DNA of 45,600 nucleotides from positions 1-45,600 of the forward strand of contig DBCJ01000138.1 in NCBI GenBank assembly GCA_002293005.1, read 5' to 3'. The notes beneath the pieces were generated by a model. That model saw only the letters and a program-made list of their open reading frames with translations, was not told where the DNA came from and made no database searches. A program made the position numbers and the translations under genes. This stretch comes from Ignavibacteria bacterium UBA961 (GTDB lineage Bacteria; Bacteroidota; Ignavibacteria; Kapaibacteriales; UBA961). Below, one piece after another: positions 36,707 through 45,600 of this stretch. Every line of letters begins with the position of its first letter. The stretch's first letter is position 1.

Positions 36707-38335
36707 ATGATTCAACATTGGAATATCATTGAACAATATGCTTCAGTTTTGAAGCAGGTGCATTTGAAGGAATTATTTATCGAGGATGCCGGTAGGGTTC
36801 ATTCTTGTTCTCATACATTGCCATTTGCATTCGTAGATTATTCTCGTCAAAGAGTGAATGCACAATTGCTTGAAGAATTATGTGTTTTTGCTCGAGAGAT
36901 CAATATTCGTGAACAATTCGTGCAGATGATGCAGGGAGCAAAAATCAATGTCACTGAACAACGCAGTGTATTGCATACTGCATTGCGTGCTCCTAAAGAT
37001 TCGGTCATCAATATTGATGGTCAAAATATCGTGCCTGAAATTCATGCTGTATTGGATCAGATACGCGTATTCAGCGATGCTATACGCAAAGGTGCATTAC
37101 GAGGATATTCCGGAAAAACATTCACAGACATAGTCAATATCGGAATAGGCGGATCGGATCTTGGGCCGAATATGGTTTGTAATGCTTTGCGATATTATTC
37201 TAACCGTGACATTTCAGTGCATTTTGTGTCCAATGTTGATCCAACGCATCTTGCCGAAACATTGAGAACATGTTCTCCTGAAACCACATTATTCATTATT
37301 TCCTCAAAGACATTTACCACTGAAGAAACAATGGCGAATGCATTTGCCGCAAAAGAATGGTTTTTGCAACATGGTGGTACTTCATGGGAATTGCATGCAT
37401 GTGCAGTTTCGGCGAATATAGAAAAGACGAGTGCATTTGGAATTCCATCGGATCGTGTTTTCGGTTTTTGGGATTGGGTCGGTGGACGATATTCCGTGTG
37501 GTCTGCCATTGGACTTTCCATTGCAATCAGCATTGGTTATGAGCATTTTGAGCAATTCCTCGCCGGTGCCCATGAAATGGACATGCATATGGCAAGTGAA
37601 GAAATCGAGAATAATATCCCGATCATTTTGGGACTCATCGATGCTCTGAATGTGATTTGTTATGATGTGCATTCTCATTCCATTATACCATATGATGAAT
37701 ATCTTAGATTGTTCCCTGCATTCTTGCAACAGATGATGATGGAAAGCAATGGGAAATCCATTACGCGAGAAGGACATGAAATTGTCTATCACACATCGCC
37801 GATCATTTGGGGACAGCCCGGTACCGATGCACAACATTCGTTTTTTCAGCTATTGCATCAAGGAACCGAGCAAGTGAACACGGAATTCATAGCATGTGCA
37901 AAACCACTCAATCCAATTGGCGACATGCATGAACGATTGCTCGCAAATTGTGCGGCGCAATCCGCTGCATTGATGCATGGAAAAACACAAAATGAAGTCA
38001 TGCAGGATATATCCAAGACAAATTTGAGTGAAGCAGAGAAGCGAGCTCTCATTCCACATAAATTATTCTCCGGTGATAGACCTTCCACAACTATTCTATT
38101 GAAGGAGCTCACTCCATTCACACTCGGATGGCTTATTGCATTGTATGAGCATAGGACATTTGTTCAGGGAATCGTATGGGATATTTGTTCATATGATCAA
38201 TGGGGAGTAGAGCTTGGAAAGGTTATGGCAGCTTCAATATTACCGGCAGTCAAAGACTCCTCGGTAGTGCTTGAGTCGCAAGACTGTTCAACCGAGCAAT
38301 TGATTTCCACCATACATGTATTCAGGAATGCATGA
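36707..38335 (+). CDS. pgi: glucose-6-phosphate isomerase
   Basis: 'IGIGGSDLGP', 'IISSKTFTTEET', 'GGRYSVWSAIG' and 'QQMMMESNGK' are PGI signatures. Confidence 0.92.
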   Translation: MIQHWNIIEQYASVLKQVHLKELFIEDAGRVHSCSHTLPFAFVDYSRQRVNAQLLEELCVFAREINIREQFVQMMQGAKINVTEQRSVLHTALRAPKDSVINIDGQNIVPEIHAVLDQIRVFSDAIRKGALRGYSGKTFTDIVNIGIGGSDLGPNMVCNALRYYSNRDISVHFVSNVDPTHLAETLRTCSPETTLFIISSKTFTTEETMANAFAAKEWFLQHGGTSWELHACAVSANIEKTSAFGIPSDRVFGFWDWVGGRYSVWSAIGLSIAISIGYEHFEQFLAGAHEMDMHMASEEIENNIPIILGLIDALNVICYDVHSHSIIPYDEYLRLFPAFLQQMMMESNGKSITREGHEIVYHTSPIIWGQPGTDAQHSFFQLLHQGTEQVNTEFIACAKPLNPIGDMHERLLANCAAQSAALMHGKTQNEVMQDISKTNLSEAEKRALIPHKLFSGDRPSTTILLKELTPFTLGWLIALYEHRTFVQGIVWDICSYDQWGVELGKVMAASILPAVKDSSVVLESQDCSTEQLISTIHVFRNA

Positions 38336-38994
38336 TGGCAATAATCCCAACATTGATGACCGATTCAATTGCTGAATATGCTGAGAAGAATTTCACTTCC
38401 GAGACTCCGGAATTGAAGCAACTTTTGATTGATGCCAAAGAGAAAGGTATTCCTGAAATTTCCATCGGTGGCGTGCAAGGAGCATTTCTGCAAAATATGG
38501 TACGATTGCTCAATGCAAAGGTCATCGTTGAGATTGGGTCTTTGGCCGGATATTCTGCTATAACAATGGCTGTCTCGATGGAGGATGGTGGCATCGTGCA
38601 TTGTTTCGAAAAAGAACCCGAATATTGTGAGTTTATATCATTGCAAGCCAAATCTTTCGGAATTGAAGATCGAATTGTTATTCATGAGGGAAATGCGGTT
38701 GATGCATTATCAAATGTCGATATTCCGAGCATTGATTTGATATTCATTGATGCAGATAAACCATCGTATTCAATATACTTGGAATTATTGCTTCCGAGAT
38801 TAAGATCCGGCGGACTGATTATTGGAGACAATGCTCTTGCTTGGGGCTATATTGCAGAAGAGTTTCCGGAATTCGAGCCGGAGAATGTTAAGGGGATTCA
38901 AGAGTTCAATCAACATATGAGGAAGCATTCAGCCCTTCATCCACCCTGCATCATCCCACTTGGAGATAGTATGTGTATGGCAGTAAAAAAATAG
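38332..38994 (+). CDS. class I SAM-dependent O-methyltransferase (caffeoyl-CoA OMT/YrrM-like)
   Basis: Motif I 'VIVEIGSLAGYSA', 'LIFIDADK' and 'GGLIIGDNALAWG'. ATGA overlap with pgi. Confidence 0.8.
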   Translation: MMAIIPTLMTDSIAEYAEKNFTSETPELKQLLIDAKEKGIPEISIGGVQGAFLQNMVRLLNAKVIVEIGSLAGYSAITMAVSMEDGGIVHCFEKEPEYCEFISLQAKSFGIEDRIVIHEGNAVDALSNVDIPSIDLIFIDADKPSYSIYLELLLPRLRSGGLIIGDNALAWGYIAEEFPEFEPENVKGIQEFNQHMRKHSALHPPCIIPLGDSMCMAVKK

Positions 38995-39092
38995 TCAATC
39001 ATGACATTGGTCATATTTATCAACTGATTTCAGATATAGATTGCATGTGGTAATTCAATCAATACTGTTTCATACTTCTCAGGAGAAATATC

Positions 39093-39293
39093 ATGCATAT
39101 TTTCCATTTTGGAAATCATTCCATCTCATTATCTGATATCAGAGACATCAAATTGCAATATGATTATCAGAAAAATGAAATTTATGTTGATCTTGAATTG
39201 AATGGTGGTGCCCAAATGAGTTTAAACCTTCCTGACTCATTGGTCTTCATGGAAGAATTCATCAAGAAAATCAAAGAAGACAAGAATGTTTGA
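39093..39293 (+). CDS. 66-aa hypothetical protein
   Basis: The ORF has AGGAG 7 nt upstream of its ATG and its own terminator immediately downstream. I recognise no motif. Confidence 0.45.
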   Translation: MHIFHFGNHSISLSDIRDIKLQYDYQKNEIYVDLELNGGAQMSLNLPDSLVFMEEFIKKIKEDKNV

Positions 39294-39297
39294 TATA

Positions 39298-39318
39298 AGC
39301 CCCGAAAGGGGCTTTTTT
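39298..39318 (+). terminator. rho-independent terminator
   Basis: Stem 'agcccc' / 'ggggct' with a GAAA tetraloop, followed by T6. Confidence 0.85.
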
Positions 39319-39519
39319 GTATCTCCCATGAATAAATCCATGGTGTGTATGGGGTAATGAAAAAATAGATTCATTCAGGAAGGATGATTACATCTAAAAA
39401 TACATATTGGACTTTTTATGCGAATGTGATTAAGAAGAAACGATAGCAATGGGCTAAATGATTGGCCTTAGCCATGAGGAAACATCATATATTGCAGGAG
39501 TTAATTAGTAAGATAGAAT

Positions 39520-40968
39520 ATGAGAGCAAAGATCAAACTTCTCGCCTCGGATGCGGCGATATATGGTGTGACCACGCTGTTGACGCGATCTATGAGTTTT
39601 TTGCTCACGCCACTTTATACAAATGCATTGTCAAATAGAGCTGAATTCGGGGTTTATGCATATTTGTATTCATTATTGGCATTCGTGAATGTAATCTATG
39701 CATTTGGGTTGGACACCGCCTTTCTTCGTTTCTTTTCAGCCAAAGACCCACATAAAACAGAACAAGCATTTTCTTTTTCATGGTGGATGATCGCATTAAT
39801 CGGGATCGTCTCAACCATTGTGATTTTGTTTTCAGCCGATGGCATTGCAAATTGGATACCCGACCTCGCCGGCAATGGAGACTTGATCCGTGCCATAGCG
39901 CTCATTCCACTTTTCGATGCATTGACTAATGTTCCGTATAATCTATTGAGGATGCAGAGAAGGGCAAAACGATTTGCGGTATTGCGAGTGCTGAATGTTG
40001 CCATCAATGTTTGTCTCAATATAATCCTTGTGGCATTTCTCAAAATGGGTCTGATGGGAATAGTCATTGCCGGAATCACATCATCCTTTCTTGCAGTGCT
40101 TGGGGTAATGCCAATCATTATGCAATGGCTTCGTATAAAATTCGATGCTGAATTGTCAAAAGAGATGATGCGTTTTGGCATTCCGACCATGCCATCGGCT
40201 TTTTCCGGAATGATGCTTCAGGTTGCTGATCGACCAATCATGACATCAATTGCAGGAGCTGACATGACCGGACTGTATCAAGCAAATTATCGCTTGGGAA
40301 TTCCAATGATGATGCTTGTTGCAGTATTTGAATTTGCTTATAAACCATTCTATTTGTCTCATCATGAAGATGAAGATTCACCCCAACTCTTTGCTCGGAT
40401 ATTTACATATTTCATGATCATTGCATGTGCTGTGTATTTATTGATTTCACTGTTTATCAAAGACATCGTACAACTTTCCTTTGGCGGAATTTCTCTGATT
40501 CATGAATCGTATTGGCAGGGCTTGGGTATCATTCCAATCATTCTTGCGGCATATATTTGGAATGGCATTGCCACCAATATGGCATTGGGAATGCATGTCA
40601 GCAAAAAAACCGTATGGCTCCCAATTGCAACCGGAATTGCTGCTGTCGTCAATATCATCCTCACATTTGTTCTCGTTCCAATACTTGGCATTTATGGAGG
40701 AGCATGGGCAACATTCATAGCTTATGCAGTCAGCGCAATGATTCTCTGGTATATATCATCGCAATTATATCCGATTCCATATGAATGGTCGAGACTGCTT
40801 GGAACAGCAATCGTAACTGTGATGTTATTTGGGATTGCGAGTTTCTTTGAAACAAGTGGTTGGATGAATTTATTCATTGTTTCATCGTTTCCTGTCATTC
40901 TTTTTGCAAGCGGAATTCTGAATTCCAAAGAAAAACAAATCATCACCAGATTATTTCGGACAAAATGA
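39520..40968 (+). CDS. Wzx-like oligosaccharide/polysaccharide flippase (MOP superfamily)
   Basis: 482 aa with 12-14 hydrophobic helices. The N-terminus 'LASDAAIYGVTTLLTRSMSFLLTPLYTNAL' is typical of the Polysacc_synt family. Confidence 0.7.
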   Translation: MRAKIKLLASDAAIYGVTTLLTRSMSFLLTPLYTNALSNRAEFGVYAYLYSLLAFVNVIYAFGLDTAFLRFFSAKDPHKTEQAFSFSWWMIALIGIVSTIVILFSADGIANWIPDLAGNGDLIRAIALIPLFDALTNVPYNLLRMQRRAKRFAVLRVLNVAINVCLNIILVAFLKMGLMGIVIAGITSSFLAVLGVMPIIMQWLRIKFDAELSKEMMRFGIPTMPSAFSGMMLQVADRPIMTSIAGADMTGLYQANYRLGIPMMMLVAVFEFAYKPFYLSHHEDEDSPQLFARIFTYFMIIACAVYLLISLFIKDIVQLSFGGISLIHESYWQGLGIIPIILAAYIWNGIATNMALGMHVSKKTVWLPIATGIAAVVNIILTFVLVPILGIYGGAWATFIAYAVSAMILWYISSQLYPIPYEWSRLLGTAIVTVMLFGIASFFETSGWMNLFIVSSFPVILFASGILNSKEKQIITRLFRTK

Positions 40969-42248
40969 ACAATAGATCGCTTCATATATTCAAGCACTTG
41001 CTTTTGAGCATGCTAGTCATGATCATGGTGCAACATATCAATGCACAGAAACTTCTCATTCCAATGGATCTTGCTCAAACCGATCATTTGAAGGCATATG
41101 GTTTGACATACTGGGCGCTGACAAAAAATGTGAATACTGAATGGTTATTGAATTATCGTGGTGGCTCATTCTTATGCGATCCCGAGCCTTTTCTCATTGC
41201 TGAATGTAGAATTCGTGGTGTTGGATTCGAGCAATTGACACAAGGTCAGGCACTTGCAATTTATGCAGAAGTGCAAAGTGAAAAGTCCAATATGGATGTT
41301 GTTAAATTGGAAAAACCACCACGCATTGCAGTGTATACACCTCCCGGTTCCAGGCCTTGGGATGATGCTGTGACCATGGTTTTGGATTATGCCGAAGTGA
41401 AATATGATAAAGTATGGGATGAAGAAGTATTGCGGGATAAATTATCCGACTTTGATTGGCTACATCTTCATCATGAGGATTTTACTGGTCAATACGGAAA
41501 GTTCTTTGCCAATTATGCAACCGCACCATGGTATATCCAACAAGTTACTTTACTTGAAACCACAGCAAAAAAACTAGGTTTCAAAAAGGTCTCATCATTA
41601 AAATTGGCCATCGTTCAAAAAATCCGATCATATATCGAGCAAGGCGGATTCATGTTTGCGATGTGCTCGGCAACTGATTCATATGATATAGCTCTTGCTG
41701 CCGCTCAGACTGATATTTGCGAAAGAATGTTTGATGGTGATCCAGTTCAACCCGGTTATGAATCCAAAGTTGATTTCTCAAGAACCTTTGCATTTGAAAA
41801 TTTCGAGATTTACACAGATCCATATCGGTATGAATACTCAACCATTGATGTTGATGCAAGTTTCAGAGTGAATAATCCCGCTGTTGACTATTTCACATTA
41901 TTTGATTTTTCCGCCAAGTATGATCCGGTTCCCACGATGCTAACGCAATGTCATGCGAATGTCGTTAAGAATTTTCTTGGACAAACAACAGCATTTCACA
42001 AGGAACAAATCAAAAAATCGGTGACAATTCTGGCAGAGAGAGAAGGAACCGACGAAGTGAAGTATCTTCATGGAAATATAGGTCGTGGAACATTCACATG
42101 GTATGGTGGACATGATCCCGAGGATTATCAACATGCTGTGGGTGATCCGCCCACAGATATCTCTCTGTATAAAAATTCACCCGGCTATAGACTCATACTC
42201 AATAATATCTTGTTTCCTGCCGCAAAGAAGAAGAAACAGAAAACCTGA
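40965..42248 (+). CDS. secreted conserved hypothetical protein (possibly a class-I amidotransferase/DJ-1-like fold)
   Basis: The start at 40965 gives the signal peptide 'MNNRSLHIFKHLLLSMLVMIMVQHINAQ' and an ATGA overlap with the flippase stop. The fold guess rests only on 'GGFMFAMCSATD' and on my memory that homologues are auto-annotated as 'asparagine synthetase B'. Confidence 0.55.
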   Translation: MNNRSLHIFKHLLLSMLVMIMVQHINAQKLLIPMDLAQTDHLKAYGLTYWALTKNVNTEWLLNYRGGSFLCDPEPFLIAECRIRGVGFEQLTQGQALAIYAEVQSEKSNMDVVKLEKPPRIAVYTPPGSRPWDDAVTMVLDYAEVKYDKVWDEEVLRDKLSDFDWLHLHHEDFTGQYGKFFANYATAPWYIQQVTLLETTAKKLGFKKVSSLKLAIVQKIRSYIEQGGFMFAMCSATDSYDIALAAAQTDICERMFDGDPVQPGYESKVDFSRTFAFENFEIYTDPYRYEYSTIDVDASFRVNNPAVDYFTLFDFSAKYDPVPTMLTQCHANVVKNFLGQTTAFHKEQIKKSVTILAEREGTDEVKYLHGNIGRGTFTWYGGHDPEDYQHAVGDPPTDISLYKNSPGYRLILNNILFPAAKKKKQKT

Positions 42249-42302
42249 AGAATATTGCATCTTCAATTAGGTATCTTTGCATAAAACAATGAGGAATTAC
42301 CC

Positions 42303-43472
42303 ATGTCGCAATATGATCATCATCAATTTGGATTTTCAACAAGAGCAATTCATGCAGGACAAGAACCTGATCCTTTAACCGGCTCAGTGACTGTTCCATT
42401 ATATCAGACCTCAACATATGCACAAGAAGCAATCGGAGTGCATAAAGGATTTGAATATGCACGCACCCAAAATCCCACAAGATTTGCATGGGAGGAAAGC
42501 ATGGCAAATCTTGAGCAAGGATGTGCAGGATTTGCATTTGGTAGTGGAATGGCGGCAATAGATGCTGTCATGAGACTTTTATCTTCCGGTGATCATGTGA
42601 TTTGTGCAGAAGACATGTATGGCGGGACATTTAGACTTTTTGATAAAGTATTGAAGCGATTCGGAGTGGAATTTTCAGTTGTTGACATGACTAATCTTGA
42701 TGATGTGAAGTCCGCAATTCTCCCCGGAAAAACAAAATTCATCTATACGGAATCTCCAACGAATCCAATGATGAAATTGACCGATATTTCTGCTCTTGCA
42801 ATGATTGCCCATGAAGCTCATGCGCTTTTGATAGTTGACAATACATTCGCAAGTCCATATGCTCAAAAACCCCTCGCATTGGGTGCAGACATTGTATTGC
42901 ATAGTGCAACGAAATATCTTGGTGGACATTCTGATTTGGTGTCCGGCATAGTCGTGGCAAAAGATTCAGCAATTGCTGATCAGCTTCGTTTCATTCAGAA
43001 TGCAACCGGTGCAGTGCCAGGTCCCATGGAATGTTGGCTGTGCTTGCGATCAATCAAGACATTGTCCGTAAGAATGAAACAACATGCTGAGAATGCGATG
43101 GCCATTGCAGAGTTCTGTGAAAAGCATCCTGCAATTTCTGCAATACATTATCCGGGTCTTATATCGCATCCACAACATGCATTGGCAAAAAAACAAATGA
43201 CAGGATTTGGCGGAATGATTTCCATCGAACTTGGTTCGTTGGAAAGAGCTAAAAAGTTCACTACTTCAGTCAAGCTTTTTACTTTGGCCGAATCACTCGG
43301 AGGAGTTGAATCACTTGTTTGTCATCCCGTAAGCATGACGCATGGATCAATACCAAAAGAGCAAAGAGAAAAGTTGGGTATCACCGATGGCTTGGTAAGA
43401 TTGTCTTGCGGTATAGAAGATAAAGAAGATCTCATGGCTGATATCGCACAGGCATTGGACGCATTGTCATGA
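42303..43472 (+). CDS. cystathionine gamma-synthase/gamma-lyase family PLP enzyme
   Basis: 'FSTRAIHAGQEPDP', 'ESPTNPMMKL' and the PLP-lysine motif 'HSATKYLGGHSD'. Confidence 0.85.
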   Translation: MSQYDHHQFGFSTRAIHAGQEPDPLTGSVTVPLYQTSTYAQEAIGVHKGFEYARTQNPTRFAWEESMANLEQGCAGFAFGSGMAAIDAVMRLLSSGDHVICAEDMYGGTFRLFDKVLKRFGVEFSVVDMTNLDDVKSAILPGKTKFIYTESPTNPMMKLTDISALAMIAHEAHALLIVDNTFASPYAQKPLALGADIVLHSATKYLGGHSDLVSGIVVAKDSAIADQLRFIQNATGAVPGPMECWLCLRSIKTLSVRMKQHAENAMAIAEFCEKHPAISAIHYPGLISHPQHALAKKQMTGFGGMISIELGSLERAKKFTTSVKLFTLAESLGGVESLVCHPVSMTHGSIPKEQREKLGITDGLVRLSCGIEDKEDLMADIAQALDALS

Positions 43473-44767
43473 AGAAAAGATCATCCGTTCACAGCGGAGC
43501 CATGCAAAAAGCATCTAGCATGAGGATTGGACCCGGACCCGAGATCACCACACTTCCAAATGGTGTGCGTATAGTCAGTGAATATATTCCTGATGTTCTG
43601 TCATTTTCATTGGGAATCTGGATTGCCTCAGGTTCGCGTGATGAAGAAAAAGGAAAAGAAGGTGCATATCACTTTCTTGAACATCTCGCATTTCGTAGAA
43701 CGGAATATCGCAGTACAAAAGCATTGGCTGATGCATTTGAGCAAATGGGTGCATATTCTAATGCATTTACTACAAAAGAGCATACCTGTTTTTATGTCCG
43801 TGCTCTTTCAAAAGATTTTGCCAAAGTCTATAGTTTGATGGCTGAATTGACATTATCGCCGGCACTAGATTCTCGTGACATTGAGAAAGAAAGAAATATC
43901 ATCATAGAAGAAATTAATTCATGTGAAGATGAACCGGAAGAAGTGATTTTTGAAGCGGGCGAGCAATTATTGTTTGGTTCACATACTCTGGGACATCCGA
44001 TTACAGGAACCATTGATACCATTAGCTCAATGGAAAGAAGTGACTTGGTTAAAGCAAGGGCAGAAATGTATCGACCTGATCGCATAGTGATTGCCGTTGC
44101 CGGTAATATTCCTCATGAATTGATCGTTGAATATGCGGCAAATACATTTACGATGCCAAAAAGTTCGAAGTCGAAAGTAATAAGAAGAAAACCCAGAATT
44201 CAGAAGGTTAAGCAAGAAATTCAAGCGAGAACATTTCAGCAAGGACATGTATTATTGGGTAGAATGACAACTGGATTGTTTTCCGAAGAGCGATATAGGT
44301 TGCTTCTTCTTAATATTATCCTTGGTGAAGGAATGAGTTCGAGATTGTATCAGTCCATTCGAGAAAAGCATGGACTTGGCTATACTGTCTATTCTTCACT
44401 CGATTTATTCACGGATAGTGGCACATTGTATATGTACACCGCTTGTGACAATTCGAATATTGAGCGTGCTCGTGATACAATTCTGAATGAATGCAATCGA
44501 ATGATGCATTCAGCACCTGTTGGCAAAAAAGAACTTGAAAGAGCCAAAGCTCAGGTCAAAGCATCGATTATTATGTCACTTGAAAGCATGTCGGCAAGGA
44601 TGCAAGCCATAGGTCGAGGATTACTCGAAGAAGGTAAAATTGAGTCTGTTGAAGAAACAATTTCCAAGATTGATGCCGTAACTGAACAAGAAATTGCAGA
44701 CATTATTGACAATTACTGTGAAACTGATGGGTGGTCAACCGTGTTGATAGAGTCACATCATGCATAA
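43469..44767 (+). CDS. M16 family (insulinase/pitrilysin-like) zinc peptidase
   Basis: Inverted zinc motif HxxEH in 'GAYHFLEHLAFR'. 'TLPNGVRIVSE' lies near the N-terminus. ATGA overlap with the upstream gene. Confidence 0.85.
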   Translation: MKKRSSVHSGAMQKASSMRIGPGPEITTLPNGVRIVSEYIPDVLSFSLGIWIASGSRDEEKGKEGAYHFLEHLAFRRTEYRSTKALADAFEQMGAYSNAFTTKEHTCFYVRALSKDFAKVYSLMAELTLSPALDSRDIEKERNIIIEEINSCEDEPEEVIFEAGEQLLFGSHTLGHPITGTIDTISSMERSDLVKARAEMYRPDRIVIAVAGNIPHELIVEYAANTFTMPKSSKSKVIRRKPRIQKVKQEIQARTFQQGHVLLGRMTTGLFSEERYRLLLLNIILGEGMSSRLYQSIREKHGLGYTVYSSLDLFTDSGTLYMYTACDNSNIERARDTILNECNRMMHSAPVGKKELERAKAQVKASIIMSLESMSARMQAIGRGLLEEGKIESVEETISKIDAVTEQEIADIIDNYCETDGWSTVLIESHHA

Positions 44768-44822
44768 TCGCCGATATTCGGTTCATCGTTTTTTTGTAAT
44801 TTCCCATCACTTATGAAAATCA

Positions 44823-45600
44823 CACTCCACATATTCATTGTTTTGATCCTCGTTCTGGTTTCTTGTTCGCCTGAAGAGAATGTCGTCACTCCAGATCAGG
44901 ATTCTTGGACATTATTTTCGGTTCCAATGAATGAGAATGCACTCTATTCAGAACGTGTTTCAGGGTCGGAGCTTTCAATTCGCAAGAAACTGTATTCATC
45001 CGATTCAGAAATCGGCAATATGTATATCTATCGTGATCAATTATATCTATTGCTTCCGGCATCGAATCGAATAGTCATTCTAAATCGTGCATCATATGAA
45101 ACATTGCATGTGATTGATTTTACCAGTGAATCGAAGAAACCACTTGCGATGGCTTTTGGTAATGCGACAACAGCATATATCATTTTTGAAAAAGACAGCA
45201 TTGTTCGGTTATATGACATATTGAATAAACAGCTTGCAGGATCAATCAAGGTTGGATATTATACTGCTGATATAATCTCAGGAATTGGTGATAGACAGAA
45301 TCAGATATTTGTTGCCAATCTTGGTTCAAATACCATTTCGCATATTGATACTAGAACAAATCGTGTCGAGAAAGAATATGCGGTTCATACTGCTCCAAAG
45401 TTTTTGTCAAATGATCCAACCGGTAAGAAGATTGTCTATGTGAGTGAAGGTGGTGGAAAAACCATCACGAATACAGAGAAGTCCACTGCAGGCATTGGAT
45501 TTATTGACATTGATAGGAAATTGTTGCTTGCTCAAATGACAATAAGCACCAGAGATATAGATAGTACTGATGCAATTCCAACAGGAGTGGCAGTTACTGC
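44823..45600 (+). CDS. lipoprotein with beta-propeller-like (YVTN/YncE-type) repeats, 3' end outside the window
   Basis: Not in the ORF track because no stop is reached. The frame is open from the ATG at 44823 to the window end (MKITLHIFIVLILVLVSCSPEEN...). Lipobox 'LVSC'. 'IFVANLGSNTISHIDTRTNRV' resembles YVTN propeller blades. Confidence 0.55.

Noticed and set aside
39321-39519. Known small RNA (SRP/4.5S, 6S, tmRNA, RNase P) in the 200-bp gap before the flippase gene.
   Set aside because: No match to the conserved SRP domain IV sequence or to other signature motifs I know. Only short AT-rich hairpins are present. It is kept as a low-key observation inside the small-gene finding.
40860-40964. 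35-aa extension of the secreted protein gene into the flippase gene. Analogous extensions occur at 5835..5909, 24442..24486, 31157..31222 and 35212..35262.
   Set aside because: The internal ATGs give proper signal peptides or lipoboxes, or normal family lengths. They also remove long overlaps with upstream genes or terminators.
44768-44822. Terminator after the M16 peptidase gene (CCGA-tat-TCGG followed by a T7 run).
   Set aside because: The stem is only 4 bp and is separated from the T-run by 7 nt, which is too weak to annotate.
1-45600. Window-wide look for CRISPR repeats, IS or transposase, integrase or recombinase genes, phage genes, toxin-antitoxin pairs, tRNA or rRNA genes, long direct repeats and known defence-system signatures.
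   Set aside because: None found by eye. Every ORF of 200 aa or more outside the shadow frames has a housekeeping or envelope assignment or is a plain hypothetical. The only repeated coding similarity is between the two PLP paralogues.

Overview
AT-rich, very gene-dense chromosomal segment with about 45 protein genes. Many start and stop codons overlap (ATGA or 1 nt), and convergent gene ends touch or overlap. The content is mostly housekeeping: metG, pgi, truA, a truC-like gene, hutU, pdxB, asnB, a SEDS protein, ridA, several ABC ATPases and two trans-sulfuration PLP enzymes. The marker set suggests an FCB-group bacterium (Bacteroidota/Ignavibacteriota/Chlorobiota-like). Those markers are DUF4286, an LptE-like lipoprotein, a HmuY-like lipoprotein, a TonB-dependent receptor, a PSCyt1-like lipoprotein and two TTTG-N19/20-TAnnTTTG promoter-like motifs. 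I see no rRNA, tRNA, CRISPR array, transposase, integrase or phage genes, and no recognisable defence system. All product calls come from motifs and remembered family sequences, because no database search was possible. The best candidates for undescribed biology are these: (1) a dense TGACA/TGTCA array (27990..28065) in the 204-bp gap upstream of an orphan ECF sigma factor that has an N-terminal extension; (2) a stand-alone paaA cassette with its own promoter-like motif and terminator, inserted between a HmuY-like lipoprotein gene and a TonB-dependent receptor gene, next to a CX4CH lipoprotein; (3) a tightly coupled PLP-enzyme/SEDS/AsnB/beta-CASP operon lying outside any dcw or mrd context; (4) a Wzx-like flippase translationally coupled to a secreted protein of unknown function; (5) a lipoprotein paired with an exported TldD/PmbA-like protein that lacks HExxxH. 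None of these is proven to be a system. Each is a hypothesis with a stated test.
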